This document shows positions 50,754-64,000 of a stretch of 64,000 nucleotides of DNA, piece by piece. The first letter of the stretch is position 1. Each line of letters begins with the position of its first letter. Source of the stretch: Phoronis australis (lineage: Eukaryota; Animalia; Phoronida). The translations under genes were made by a program, and so were the position numbers. Under the pieces are notes generated by a model. It searched no databases and had not been told where the DNA came from. It worked only from the letters and a program-made list of their open reading frames with translations. The stretch lies in contig NMRA01000355.1 in NCBI GenBank assembly GCA_002633005.1, positions 332,310 to 396,309 of the forward strand. Reading direction: 5' to 3'.

Positions 50754-53700
50754 CATCTGAATAACATCTTGAAATGTGATAGTAGCTCAACAAGTAGAAA
50801 GTAGGAAGCAGTTTAGCGAATAACTCAGTTAGACAGACAGGTATGGCAAACTTCCATACAGATGTATCAACAATACTTAATGCTTTGTGAAAATCACCTG
50901 ATATGGTTGATTAAAATATTGACCCGTGCCTTTAATAAACAGGCCATGTTTACATACTGACTGACACTGTAAGAGAACATAGTAATCTGCTGGACTGCAC
51001 AATGACAGTCATCAATAACAAATGCATCAGATACGGCGAGATTATTTGTAATCCAATTAGCGCAATTTCATGCAATTTTTATGTAAATTTAATCAAAGAA
51101 TAATTCTACGAAAAACCAAATGCCCTTGTGTGCGTTGCCTGAATATTAACACAGATTGGAATACATTATAAAATCACTGGCATTACTTGTCTCGCAATGC
51201 CGCATATCAGTCGAGCATGTCTTTAACCTTTTTAGTTTAAAATGCCTTTTCGTATTTTGATATCTTTACTTTGTATTCAAGGTCAGAAACTTAGAGTAAT
51301 ACTATAATGGACACTGTCATACAGGGGCATAAAATACAGTTTTTCAAAGTAATACGATCATTTTATGGCCGAAAAACGCAATTACGAGATTATTTGTGAA
51401 TGGGATTAGCTTGCTGAAGTTATTGTCTTTGACCAGAGTTACAACAAAACATGTTGTTCTCTTCTGCTTTGATTACAAACTGCCAAGTCTCGTCTTTGTC
51501 CCTCTGACATTTGCTGAAATCAAGGACGAGGGTCTTACAAATTTAAAATTCGCTTAAAACACCCTGCACGGAATCAGATCAGTGGTTGAGAGTGTTCGGC
51601 CGCTTCCGTGGAGGCAGTGGCTTCAACTACGCGGTATTGCAAATTTCTGCAAATTTACTTTTCTGGCCGAGCATGTCTCACAACACAAAAGGAGAAAAAA
51701 ACACTCATCAATAATTTGTTATGAGATTCATTATAATATCGATGAATACCTAATAGATGACAGCTAATAATGAAATTAACTATCTTTGACAGATCACGCT
51801 CAGAAACTTCCCAAAGCACTTTTCAACTCCCATGTGCCCCAAATTCGGTAAGAATTCTTGAATTTGAGACATGTTATGGCGAACAATTGTAATCTAATCT
51901 TTTTAAATAGCCCAGCGAAAGTAACTTTTCAGGAAATTACGCTGTTTGTATGGCAGTTGTCACCACAGGGCAGCCATTTTGTAATTTTTTCATCGCAGAA
52001 CAGGGAAACAATGTTGAAAGCTCATAAGAAATAATGTTGGTCATTTACGATGCTCAATTATTTCAAATTTCTCAATTTTGATATAAGCCAGAGCATTGAG
52101 TGAAATATTTATTTTTCCACCATCCCAAACTAGAGCATTTTAATGCATCCAAAATAAAGTGCCAACTGAATGAGCAGAAGACCACCTACACAACTTTCTA
52201 AATTCTGCACCTGTACTTTTTGTAGCTCACATAATTGTTTCGGCGCAAACGTCTATTTCTGCTGTCCGTAATAAGGCCAGTGTCGCCACCACAACCAAAA
52301 AAGTCACATGATTCCCAGTTTATCCAATCACACAAGCAGAATCCCCAATAACACCACATGGCTACTAAATTACCAAGCAGTAATCAACACTGTCATTAGA
52401 CATTCTCACACCAACTCTCAGTGTACAGGACGGTGTTTGGTATTAAATGTGGAAAAGGCTGAACCACTCACACAGGCTTCTGTAGATGGGCACTGAAGAT
52501 CCACTCATAGTTTTGGTGCGTAGATCATAAAAGTAATTACAAAATGGTGCTTTAAAAATATGCAGGCATGCTTTTTACTATAAAGTATAATAAATGCTCG
52601 GATTATAAAAAACATGCTTATAGTGGTAGAGTGGTGCATAGTCAAATAAAATATCAAAAATACGAAGCCCTGAACGACAACGCGCCCTGATCTTATTGTC
52701 AACAAATGCTCAATGACAGCCCGCATAAATATTTCTCTATTTTAGAATAACACAATATTACATCCAGCACGTTATCACTCATTCTGCCAAGAACAAGTGA
52801 AAATGCCAACCTCATTTTTACTAACTGACATCCATCATGGGTGTGCCAATAAGGCACGGTCCAGTGGTGTTCTGACTTGATTAGTAATTAAATATTCTCT
52901 AAAGTAACATAGATTCCTTTTTGCACAAAAATGTTGTTTTGGTCAAAATGTTGTGTTGTACAGAAATGCTTCTATTAATCCCAACAACTAATAACCATTT
53001 CCGTAGAAATAAACTGAGTCATTTTTAAAGCTGTTGTAGAAACTTCTAGAATTTGTTTTTAACTTTCAAGTTGTTGCATCATCCTTTTTTACCATGATTT
53101 TTGATTGGTTTTAAATTTCTAGACATGAGAAAAAACAAATACGTCTATTTTTAATCAAAAAATAAAGTTTAAATAAAGTACGGAGACTAGTGAAAAGCAG
53201 GTTAACTAGGGATTTTCCATCATGTCTATTTTTAGGACATAGCACCTTGGGGATACCTGCATCAGGGGTCATGATTCGTTAAGATGTATCACACGTAAAA
53301 ACTTCAGTTTTAAAAAATTTAAACCATCTTAATGCTTAAAACAGGCCCTATAAAGTTTAACCAATTTTGAAATAAACAGCTCATAAAAGCGGTTGCCGAA
53401 GTCACCTGTACATGCCGCTATTTTTACTTTGTTTGCTAACATGCATCATACATTTTCTCCTAGTGAAGCTTGACACAGAGTAAACAATGTTGTTTCCAAA
53501 TACCTCAACATTAGTACTGGGCTCATAATTATGATGAAATGTTCTCATTCTGGCAAAATATGTAAAATACCTTCATGGATCATAAAAACACCATCAGATG
53601 CCTCACATTCGTCACTTTTCTGGGAATACACGTCTTTGTGAAGAATTTCGGCAAAAATCCAAGTAATCTCCAAAATGTAAATCAGACATTCATGTGTTAC

Positions 53701-54252
53701 CAATACTACAACCTTAAGGAACTCCGACATTCTAAAAAATCATTATTTTGCAACTTGAAGACCCTTTACAGTTTTTCTCGAGCAGAAGTTACTTCAACAG
53801 ATTTCAAATCGTGTCTAGTGTGAAAGGTTGCCTTTTATGACAGTGGGTTCACAAGCAAAAACAAATGACAACTAGGTTATAACTATCCTTCCCTAACCAA
53901 AAATCCAAGCACCGTCCTTCAACTTGAGGTTTATATTTAGTGAATAACCATTACCAGGTTAACTTCTCCTGATTCACTGTTTTAATGATACCCAGCAGAT
54001 GTTTCTAGAATGTGCACAGAGATATTTGCTTGGCTCTGCAGGCTGCAGCAAATAAGTATTAAGATTCAACTTGAAATCCAGGGGGGTGCTCCAACACACG
54101 ATGCTTACCACACTGCAATTCAGAAGTGTGGAGTTTTCAAGGCAGCATGTTCAATGACAGGGACTCCCCAGTGACGGATTTAAGGGGGGGGGGGCAACGG
54201 GGCCATGCCCCGCCCTAAAATTCTTCCAGATCCCATTTGACAATTCAGGGGN

Positions 54253-54465
54253 CACACCGGTAGTCGGATCTGTCCGAAAGTTCGCACATGCCGTCCCATT
54301 CATGAATGGAACACATGTGCCAAATTTCATGAACGTATGTCAAAGGGTTTTGGAGATAGAGCAGCGGACGCCGGACGGACGCCGCCCGAACGGACGGACG
54401 GACGGACGGACGGACAGAGATGACGGCATAATGCGTCCACATATAAATATGTGGGCGCATAAAAA
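54253..54465. mobile_element. End of a Helentron-associated (HINE/DINE-1-like) element
   Basis: (GGAC)n microsatellite at 54365-54414, then the hairpin atgcgtccacatataaatatgtgggcgcat (54431-54460), ending in an A-run. The homologous site at 53733-53740 is empty. Confidence 0.72.
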
Positions 54466-54894
54466 TCATTATTTTGCAATTTGAAGACCCTTTACAGTTT
54501 TTCTCGAGCAGAAGTTACTTCAACAGATTTCAAATCATGTCTGGTGTGAAAGGTTGCCTTTTATGACAGTGGGTTCACAAGCAAAAACAAATGACAACTA
54601 GGTTATAACTATCCTTCCCTAACCAACAATCCAAGCACCGTCCTTCAACTTGAGGTTTACATTTAGTGAATAACCATTACCAGGTTAACTTCTCCTGATT
54701 CACTGTTTTAATGATACCCAGCAGATGTTTCTAGAATGTGCACAGAGATATTTGCTTGGCTCTGCAGGCTGCAGCAAATAAGTATTAAGATTCAACTTGA
54801 AATCCAGGGGAGTGCTCCAACACATGATGCTTACCACACTGCAGTTCAGAAGTGTGGAGTTTTCAAGGCAGCATGTTCAATGACAGGGACTCCC

Positions 54895-55055
54895 CAGTGA
54901 CGGATTTAAGGGGGGGGGGCAAGGGGCCATGCCCCGCCCTAAAATTCTTCCAGATCCCATTTGACAATTCAGGGGTGCGAATGTCTAACAGGCAAAACCC
55001 TGGCGAATATTCTGCCCTGCCCACCCCGCAACTCAAAATCTTGGATTCGCCCCTG
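54895..55055. mobile_element. Small MITE with CAG...CTG ends (hAT-like)
   Basis: Imperfect inverted ends cagtgacggatt / gattcgcccctg, flanked by direct ctccc at 54890-54894 and 55056-55060 (possible 5-bp TSD). A partial allelic copy lies at ~54168-54251. Confidence 0.55.
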
Positions 55056-56534
55056 CTCCCTGAATAAAGAATGTTGCATGTTTTGTCAATGACACTTTCA
55101 TTCCCACATCACAGTACTATGCTATTAAATGGGTCGATACACCACTATGTGGCATCGCAGTCGCAGCGGTACAGGCGGATCGCCAGTGCTGGCAGGAATA
55201 AGGTGACTGTATTCTGCCAATTTTTTTAATTTAGACTCCCAGTTTTGGTATCCTATATAAACATCTGACAGGGAGCCTCTACCGATTTAGTTGCTTATAC
55301 AACTCTAGGAGTTGTGTGATAATTTGTTTAAATGTTCACGCAAAGATCCTCACTGAGTGACTCGAGTAGATTACCAATAATGTACTGAATCTAAAATTCT
55401 TCATTATTTGTTTTCTTACTGGCACCGCATACAATCTGCAAAATCTATTTCAAGTAGAGAACAGAAGATGCCAAGAGCTATTGCTCTGGCGAGGGGAGAC
55501 TCGTCCACACCATCCATACACTAGTAAAAAACAGCAGTAAATCACTAAAAGACAGCATACAAATTACTTTATTTGGTCATGTTCGGAGGGCTCACTTAGG
55601 TATTGAAAGGTGTTTTGGGTGTTCATAAAAGTTTTGTCTCAAGTGCATGAGAGTGTTCTAAGGCGAAAGACAACATTGTCAGAGAACGAATATCGAAGTT
55701 CAGGCAAAACAGACAAACAAATTCCGTGAAAATTTGATCAGAAAACTCCACGACTTGATCACAAACTGATCAGTAGGCGACTGGCTATTTATTTACAAAA
55801 ATCCATAGAGAACCAACTGGGAATCTACTCACGTACAAGGCCAGAGCACCACTAAAAATGCAAATAACCAATGCAGCACTCGATTTGGCGACCTCAGATT
55901 GTGTTTGGTGACTTCAGGAAAAATCCCAAGTCGCCACGAAGTCGCCAACCCGAGTATCAAAGTAAGACAACAATTCCCTCTACATTTGTCAAATTTCGTG
56001 TCGACTTCCAAACTTTAAATTACTAACAGTTTTCCTAAATTTATTACTTTTGATTCACAATTGTTCCGTTGCTTTCGTGATCTCGCGCATTTGCCAGCAC
56101 GCTTAAATTAGAACCACTAAGTAATGAGTCAGACAGAAGTGGGAATTGTTTGGTAAAAATTGGGTAAGATCAGCACAATTCACACTACCAGTCTATGTGG
56201 TCATTTGCGTTCTATATTAGTACGCCGGTGGGAGGACTTGAGTTAAAGAATGAAGGTATGCCTAAACTTAGGAATTTACGGGGGGAAATCGGAAGAGTGG
56301 GTGGCACTACGGTTGTTCGACCTTTCATAAAAAATAAATTTCAACAACTTTTTACTGTACTGCACTACATCTGCTCAGTCATGTTGCAATATTGGGGTGA
56401 AGGAAACGTCATAACGAGGCGAGACGCCACTTGTATTTGTGGCCCACAAAGCTACATATTCACTTTAAGAAATAAAATGTTGGCTTTAAGGCCTCAATAG
56501 TAGAGTTAAAAATCATATTTTCGTCTTTCCATAG

Positions 56535-56678
56535 GAAGAATCGTTGACGCGAAAATTGTAACATGCTACAAGTGCAAAGACTGTGGTGACCCGTTTGATG
56601 CTAAGACAATGTCAGCCGTAAAGGTCAACTGTACTGGGTCATGTATGAAGGAAGTGTCCAAGATAACGGCAGTAGAAG
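56535..56678 (+). CDS. Nested Ly6/uPAR gene, exon 2 (first half of the three-finger domain)
   Basis: tctttccatag|(G)RIVDAKIVTCYKCKDCGDPFDAKTMSAVKVNCTGSCMKEVSKITAVE|gtgaga, 144 nt, phase 1-1, five Cys. Confidence 0.88.
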
Positions 56679-57657
56679 GTGAGACACAAGGAAGTGTTGC
56701 AGGTCGTTAAAGTACAAGATGATACAATCTAATGGCGCAAACTACATCAACCAGGGTCTGGTCTGTCCCTGGACAAAAATGCACAATTGTTTCAACTATT
56801 TGGCTCAAAAGTAGAAAAAAATCAGGCGTTTCAAAAAAATTGTTCAAGACTTCACGCAAGGAGCAAAAAACCTCAAACTTGGTGCAAACCATATCGATTA
56901 CGGTGCAGCATCATATTTCAACGTCATGTAGGGAGAACACTGTAAGGTGCACTGCCTCGAAAAGTCTCACCGATAGCTGTGATGGTCTTTATCTGGTATC
57001 AACATGGTGTGAGCAAATCTGACTGTGAATGAGGTCAAGCGTAATAAAAAATTTTATTATTATATGATAAACTAATTTTGCTTGCTACTGTAACATAAAA
57101 AAGCTGTATTTTGCACCTTTGTGGGAGGCCATACGCCAATGCAATCTTATTGTTGCTGGGAACACATCAGTGGTAATACCAGATATCACCTGGCATGCGA
57201 TGCTAGCAAGTTACCATGGAAACGCACTAAGTGGCAATTTTGCGCTGCAGTGTGTCAAACTCGAGATAGAAAGCAGAAAATGGAGAGTTTTGGAATTGCA
57301 GAATAAACAAAATTGGCGATCCTTGTACTGAAGTCTTCAACTAAATGATTAAAGTTCAGTCAGCTTCCAGACTCTAGATTAAGCGCAACTCGGATGCTGA
57401 GTTTCATTCCACAACTAGCTCAACTGAAATTTTCCAAGTACTCAAACTCAATGTCACTGTTAGAGTTCGGGACTGTCAGCTCTAAACGTGCTCCACAACA
57501 CAAGAGCTAGAATCCAGTCAGAAATGTGACCTGAAATCTGAAACTGGAAGTGGAATCTAAAGCGCGGTCGTAATTCAAATAATGAAAGCCCCTATATCAC
57601 AACTCATTCAATCAAATACAAGCATAATTACTGCCATGTTTGACATTGTCCTTACAG

Positions 57658-57872
57658 ACAACCTACCACCAGACCGTGGCTGCCATGACAAGCCAACATC
57701 AAGAGACATCTGTGAGGAAGTCGAGAAGGGCATTACTTCCACTCTTCTCTGTCTATGCACTACAGACTTGTGCAACAGTGGCAGGACACTGACGCCAGAC
57801 AGAGTGGTCGTTGCGACCATCACCTACGTTGTAATGACACTGGGGGCACTCCAGGCCCTGTCATTGAACTAA
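57658..57872 (+). CDS. Nested Ly6/uPAR gene, exon 3 (second half of the domain plus GPI-type signal)
   Basis: ccttacag|(D)NLPPDRGCHDKPTSRDICEEVEKGITSTLLCLCTTDLCNSGRTLTPDRVVVATITYVVMTLGALQALSLN*; five Cys, the CxCxxDxCN end motif and a hydrophobic tail. Confidence 0.9.
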
Positions 57873-59304
57873 AGATGACCGCGTTGACCAAATCACTACC
57901 CCAGTCGGACGCAGTATCACAAAATACTCACGATTGGCTGCACTATAAATTGACCGAGAATCAAGAAATACAACAGATGTTTGAAAGAGTGGACATAAAA
58001 GTTGCAAACAAACAGCAATGCTTTTGGTAACAGGGGGCGCTGCTGGCAAACTACTGCTGTAGTTCTGTGAATATTTACAGTACTGAAGCTTGCTATAACA
58101 TGATGGAAATACTGAGTTTTCACTCAAATTGTGAATATTCACGATTTCAGAGACAAAGCCGTGAAAGTTCTATCAATGACTACAGAACTGTCAGTTCACT
58201 GAATATCTATAGCAAAGCCACGATACTTCAAGAAAATCTACCCGATTGCAGTGACTAGTTATTACACTTCTTTGATTGAATATTCACCAGATTTGAGCTG
58301 CTTCGCCACATCAGTTCAGCGATTACTCACTTAATTCAGAGGCTACGCCATAATTGTGTGACTTCAGTGGCAGATGTGTTATGTGAATATTCATACAATG
58401 GCTACACTATGAATGGTTGGGATAATCAGGATTTCTTTGGCTATGCCACGAGTGTGCTATGGATATTCGCCATTCCCTTGACATTAGTGCCTAATTCAGT
58501 TCTGCAGCCAATGTTCTGAGAATAGGAACAATTTGTGAGACCAGTAATATTGAGGTGTTTTATGAGTACCATGCTAGAAGAGTCAGGCGAGTTCAGTGGC
58601 TACATGGCGATATATTTGTTAGAGTGGCTAATTATGGCTGAGTAACACGTAGACAATTCATTCTCTTTCAGTTGCTACATTAATGTTGACTAAGTGGTTC
58701 ATTCATCAGCGGCTTAAAGACGCAGGCAGCGCCATCTTGTAACAAATTATTTTTTAAAGTAATTCGAGGAAGAACCCTTTTTAAAGGTTTTTCATACAGC
58801 AAATTCGTGTCAATAATTTTAAACCATGCGCAGTTTGGAGCAAGCGAAATTCATTGATTGCCTCTAAGGTTCAATTCGCATCCCTAGCTTTTAACATCAC
58901 ACAGTCTACCAATCCATTGGACTTTTAAGAAAATAAGGTTCATCGAGAACAGGTCTAAGGAACAAGACAAGAATTGTTCGCCATGGGCAAGCACATACAG
59001 TGCATGGGACTGTAAGAAAATTAGGTTCTTCAGGAACATGAAAAAAGACCATATTTGTCAGTGACAGGCAAGTATAAAATTGGTGCAGATTGCTACGGAA
59101 CATTTTATTTTTCAATTCACAAAATGTGCTGGCTCTGCATTGTATTGTTGGTCCTGCACTTGGCGACTACGGTCTCTTTTCAAACTGCAATACAGTTGCT
59201 GGTAGAAAACCATTGGTCGTTGACACCTGCTTGCCATTCAGTGCAGCATGGCCAATGACAGCAGATATCATTGTACAGTAATAGACAAATGCTTGTAGTT
59301 CAGC

Positions 59305-59310
59305 AATAAA
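59305..59310 (+). terminator. Candidate polyadenylation signal of the nested Ly6/uPAR gene
   Basis: AATAAA about 1.43 kb after the stop codon and about 600 nt before the CLPX exon at 59925. Confidence 0.4.
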
Positions 59311-59924
59311 CTATAATTAAATATCGGAGTTTTTGATAGGGAACTACAGCGACTACTGAAATCTGAATCAGTAATATGGTTTTCGAAATGTTGACTGCAT
59401 ACATCTCATTAGAACTAGATCTGTTCCCAGACAACTGTAACCTACACTGAGTAGACACAGTCCAAAATGGCGGATGTTGTCGGAGTACTAAATTGCAAAG
59501 TGCAAATCTGTGACCACTTTTTGCGGAGAAGGTGAGATTAGCAGTTTCTGGGAATTTACAGACTTAATTAAAGATTGTCATTCACAGCATTTTGCATAAA
59601 CAAACCCTTGTGTTCTTTGTACTGAGTACTGACAATAGTAGGCTCATCAGTCATCACACTATTCCTACTACATTCCCTCCCTTTCTGCACTCAAAATTAA
59701 TACCAAACACATCGAGGCAGGAGACAATTAGTGCAAAGCTCACAGTCCACCAGCGGACATAGAAGCCGAGTCTATGCTTCACCGGCAAGAGTCTGCAGCC
59801 AAAATCATTGAGAGACACAGTACTGTTCATCAGCTGGGGGACAATATTACAATGACCCAAATTTAAATCAGTGAACGTCTCCCACAGACAGCCAGGTTGA
59901 GCAGGGAATGTTACAATTACTCAC

Positions 59925-60107
59925 CTGAGCCGGTGGGCCCTAACATCAGAATGTTACTTTTCTCCAACACAAGTTTCTCCTTGTAGGAGTCCTCCAAGAT
60001 CTCGCTACCAGGGTGTCTTTGAGGCTCCGGCTCTGACGGCTGGGGAGGCTGGAATGCTGGCCCCAAGGCACTGGGCTGGCCGACGCCCGTGATGTGCAGT
60101 AGCTGGT
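59925..60107 (-). CDS. CLPX: CLPX exon (start of Walker A)
   Basis: ctttcag|(D)QLLHITGVGQPSALG...KLVLEKSNILMLGPTGS(G)|gtgagt, 183 nt, phase 1-1. Confidence 0.95.
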
Positions 60108-61771
60108 CTGAAAGACCAATACAAGCTGTCATACTGCCGATTCAACATACCTGTGGCCAGCGAAATCTTAGACAGGCTGGCCCCCTCGTCCTAACATAGT
60201 CCATCCTCGATTCTAATACATCATTTTGCAAGAAAAGAGCACTTTGATAGTTTCCCAGAACTGTGAGAGCCTGGTCACCACCTTTCAGGAAAATTGAATG
60301 GCGAGTGTTTTGTCACATCAAAAGAAATTTTGCAGGATACGACAACTTTTCAGAAGCCGTGGGAATTCTGCTAAAGCAAGGAGAAACGGCGCAATGAACG
60401 TTTGACGGTCAGCAGAACAGAAGAGAACGCAGTGTAGGCTTTTCGAGAACAGAAGTTCTCTTCTCAGGCATCAACCCTATGTACAAACAATGGAAAATTC
60501 TTACGTGACAGTTAAAGGGAAAGCCGATGATCTGAATCACCGCTGGCTTTCCTCGTTTATGATGGAAAAAAAAAAATGGACAGCACAATACACATTGATG
60601 TCTTCACCATGTCTCTGAAGATATTTACTTCTAGATGGCATTCAATGCACTGAAAACTCTCGACTTACAAATATTCCATAGCATGTGGGACACCAAAACG
60701 GTTGCTCTAATTCATTTTTTTCATCAGTTTTAGAAATGAAACAAACGATGTTGACCTTGATAATTTTTCTCAACGTCCAAACAGAACACTTTGCATAGAA
60801 TGACTGAGCTTCGAAATTCTTCATTCCTCATTTACAAGTTCAAGGGCACACTTATGATGAAAAAATGCAACAAAAATAGTTTCAAACACCACAGCATTGA
60901 ATGGCAGATTTCGGGAAAGCAGGAAAACATGTGCCTCTATAAGACATCTATGTGTACTTTATCAAAAACATTTATCTGTTCTTGGTTTGAGTACACCTAA
61001 CACCTGGATCACATAGACATTGAAGTGAGATACAACAGAAACAAACTTGTAAGTGACACTTACCCAGAGGCGGTGGTTTACGACGTTTGCCTACAACATT
61101 TGAACGAGAACCCAAAACGCTGCCTTGAAAAGGCAGAAAGTCTTTGAATTTCACGTATACGTAAATCATATGAAGCTTTTATAATTCATGGGGAACAGGC
61201 ATCATGAACACTAGCAGATGTACAACAGGGAAACACAACTGGCTTGGCATTAACAGGATACCCCAGTTACCAAGGATCAAATTCCTTAAGTAGTAATGGT
61301 AGTCCCAAAAAACTGCACATTTGTAAAATCTTTGGTGATGACGTAATCATTTTATGTGCACAGACATGTCACCATGAGTGCATTTTCCTAAACAATCTTA
61401 ATTTTTCAGAAATTTTGTTTACATGAACTGGCAGATTCTGTTTTTTAATTGTCCTAGCAACAAAATTGTGTCTGGAATTTCAGTTCAAGACTTTTAGCCT
61501 GAGAACTAGGCTGTCAAAAATGAAGTTGTCAGCATTCCTAGAAAATATGATGGCCTTGATATTTGACAGTCAAGCTCTCAGAGAACATCTTAGACAAAAC
61601 ATTGTATCTAATAATTTAAGAACTCTGAGCAAAAAGTTGTCTTTGTGGAAACTTCAGTAATCTCGATGAAATTTTTTAAGTTTTTAAAAGAAGCGAAATC
61701 ACACGAGTACGAACATCTGGGCATTCATGCACACAATAATATTCTGTGATCATTAAGGATTTTGAAAATAT

Positions 61772-61900
61772 ATACGTTCACAGGTCTTTGAGCACACTGA
61801 CACACACAGCATCTAACATCCATACGACCATCAGAGATACGTTCACAGGTCTTTGAGCACACTGACACACAGCATCTAACATCCATATGACCATCAGAGA
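61772..61900. repeat. ~65-bp tandem duplication next to a CLPX donor site (also at ~63827-63957)
   Basis: atacgttcacaggtctttgagcacactgacacacagcatctaacatccata(c/t)gaccatcagag, two copies. Confidence 0.88.
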
Positions 61901-61913
61901 CATATCCACTCAC

Positions 61914-62115
61914 CTCGCGTACCTAGAGGCTGGTGGACCATGGGTCGCTGGTGGTCCAGGGACACATCGCTACCTGGTGGTGCCTTGGGCCCATTCTGCT
62001 GTGTGGGCGCTGGGATATTATTGTACAGTCGCTTGTAGTGGTTGTAGACGGCAACAGATAACACTTTCTTGGCATACTGTTGACCAATCACATACCTGTT
62101 GAGGTACTCATAAAT
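61914..62115 (-). CDS. CLPX: CLPX exon (start of the AAA+ domain)
   Basis: ttttcag|[36 protein letters not shown]...PLGTR|gtgagt, 202 nt, phase 0 to 1. Confidence 0.95.
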
Positions 62116-63970
62116 CTGAAAAGGTAAACAACGATATCGATCAAACTGATCATGACAGTTCTATCTAAGTAAAAAACCTTATCCAGTGAACATCGCAACA
62201 GTCTAATTCAACAATGGTGATCTGCTACATACCATGGTTAGAGCACACATCAAGTCTTCACAATGATACCGGAGGGGAAGTGGAGTTCACCACCAGTGTA
62301 GTTAGAGAGAAACGTGGCGATGACGGGAAGGCGGCATTTTCTTTGAACACTTTTCGCGTACACTGAACCCGTCAACATTCTCACCACTCTTGTGCCCTGT
62401 TTTGCTCATGCTACGAGTCAGAGGGCATTGGAGTGTGGGGGATCGTTGAAACAGTTGATCCGCAGTTTTCAAATCAAGACTTTAACAAGGACACAGCACA
62501 ACACAAACACACATAAATGCAGCTGACGATACTTCCGACAACCAATCAGAGATAACTAACAGCGATTGCATAGAACTCGACACCTATTGTTAGAAAGATG
62601 TTGCCTATGGTGCAGAAATACACCAAAGCAGAACAGCTCATTAAAAGCACATGCGCCTAGTAACCAGGGCAGNACTTACGAATAGTCCATAGCATGAGGG
62701 ACACCAAAACGGTTGCTCAAATTCATTTTTTAACCAATTTTAGAAATGAAACATACGATTTTGACTTTGATCGTTTTTCTCAATGTCCAGACGTTGAACA
62801 CTTTGCATAGCATGACTGAGCTTCGATATTGTTCACTCCTCATTTACAAGTTCAAGGGCACACTTATGATGCAAAAATGCAACAAAAATAGTTTCAAACA
62901 CCACAGCATTGAATGTAAGATTTCGGAAAAGCAGGAAAACATGTGCCTCTATAAGACGTCTATGTGTACTTTATCAAAAACATTTATCAGTTCTCGGTTT
63001 TAGTAAACCTAACACCTGGATCACATAGACATTGGAGTGGGATACAACAGAAACAAACTTGTAAGTGACACTTACCCAGAGGCGGTGGTTTATGACGTTT
63101 GCCTGCAACATTTGAACGAGAACCGAAAACGCTGCCTTGAAAAGGCAGAAAGTCTTTAAATTTCACGTATACGTAAATCATATGAAGCTTTTATAATTCA
63201 CGGGGAACAGGCATTATGAACACTAGCAGATGTACGACAGGGAAACACAACTGGCTTGGCGTTAACAGGATGCCCCAGTTACCAAGGATCAAATTCCTTA
63301 AATCACTCTCTAAGTAGTAATGGTACTCCCAAAAAACTGCACATTTGTAAAATCTTTGATGATGACATAATCATTTTATGTGCACAAGTCAGACATGTTA
63401 CCATGACTGCATTTTCCTAAACAATCTTGATTATTCAGAAATTTTGTTTACATGAACTGGCAAATTCTGTTTTTTAATTGTCCTAGCAACAAAATTGTGT
63501 CTGGGATTTCAGCTCAAGACCTTTTAGCCTGAGAACTAGGCTGTCAAAAATGAAGATGTCAGCATTCCTAGAAAATATGATGGCCTTGATATTTGACAGT
63601 CAAGCTCTCAGACTTAAGACCTTAAGAGAACATCTTAGACAAAATATTGTATCTAATAAAATATAAAAACAGAACTCCAAGCAAAAAGTTGTCTTTGTGG
63701 AAACTTCAGTAATCTCGATGAAATTTTAAGTTTTTAAAAGAAGCGAAATCACACGAGTACGAACATCTGGGCATTGCGTTCATGCACACAATAATATTCT
63801 GTGATCATTAAGGATTTTGAAAATATATACGTTCACAGGTCTTTGAGCACACTGACACACACAGCATCTAACATTATTATGACCATCAGAGATACGTTCA
63901 CAGGTCTTTGAGCACACTGACACACACAGCATCTAACATCCATATGACCATCAGAGACATATCCACTCAC

Positions 63971-64000
63971 CTCGCGTACCTAGAGGCTGGTGGACCATGG
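63971..64000 (-). CDS. CLPX: Second copy/allele of the CLPX 61914-62115 exon (partial, runs off the window)
   Basis: Identical donor end (ccatggtccaccagcctctaggtacgcgag|gtgagt) inside the duplicated block that follows the N at 62673. Confidence 0.8.

Larger units (their letters stand above)
60663..64000. repeat. Duplicated segment joined at a single N (62673)
   Basis: 62674-64000 repeats 60663-~61943 with substitutions and indels. Confidence 0.92.

Overview
This is intron-rich, AT-rich animal genomic DNA, probably from a highly heterozygous invertebrate (inference); it is not prokaryotic and contains no CRISPR array or RNA genes that I can support. Three spliced genes can be reconstructed by hand with GT-AG junctions and matching intron phases. 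(1) A minus-strand, four-coding-exon gene at 7542-18743 encodes a short secreted ADAMTS-like protein of about 505 aa: signal peptide, Ig domain, RRKR site, three TSP1 repeats, PLAC domain and a basic tail. (2) The 3' part of mitochondrial CLPX lies on the minus strand at 31347-62115 (eight distinct exons); its 5' exons lie beyond the window. (3) A three-exon Ly6/uPAR (three-finger, GPI-anchor-type) gene of 137 aa is nested antisense at 48534-57872 inside the ~21.7-kb CLPX intron that splits the Walker A motif. The first 5 kb holds decayed Gypsy pol, Academ-like and Crypton/DUF3504 remnants. A 2.4-kb element with inverted repeats and a motif spaced at ~177-bp intervals sits in an ADAMTSL intron. 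Several MITE families, a HINE/DINE-1-like end and minisatellites are also present. All six single-N positions flank diverged duplicated segments, most likely alleles assembled in tandem; two of them expose presence/absence TE polymorphisms.
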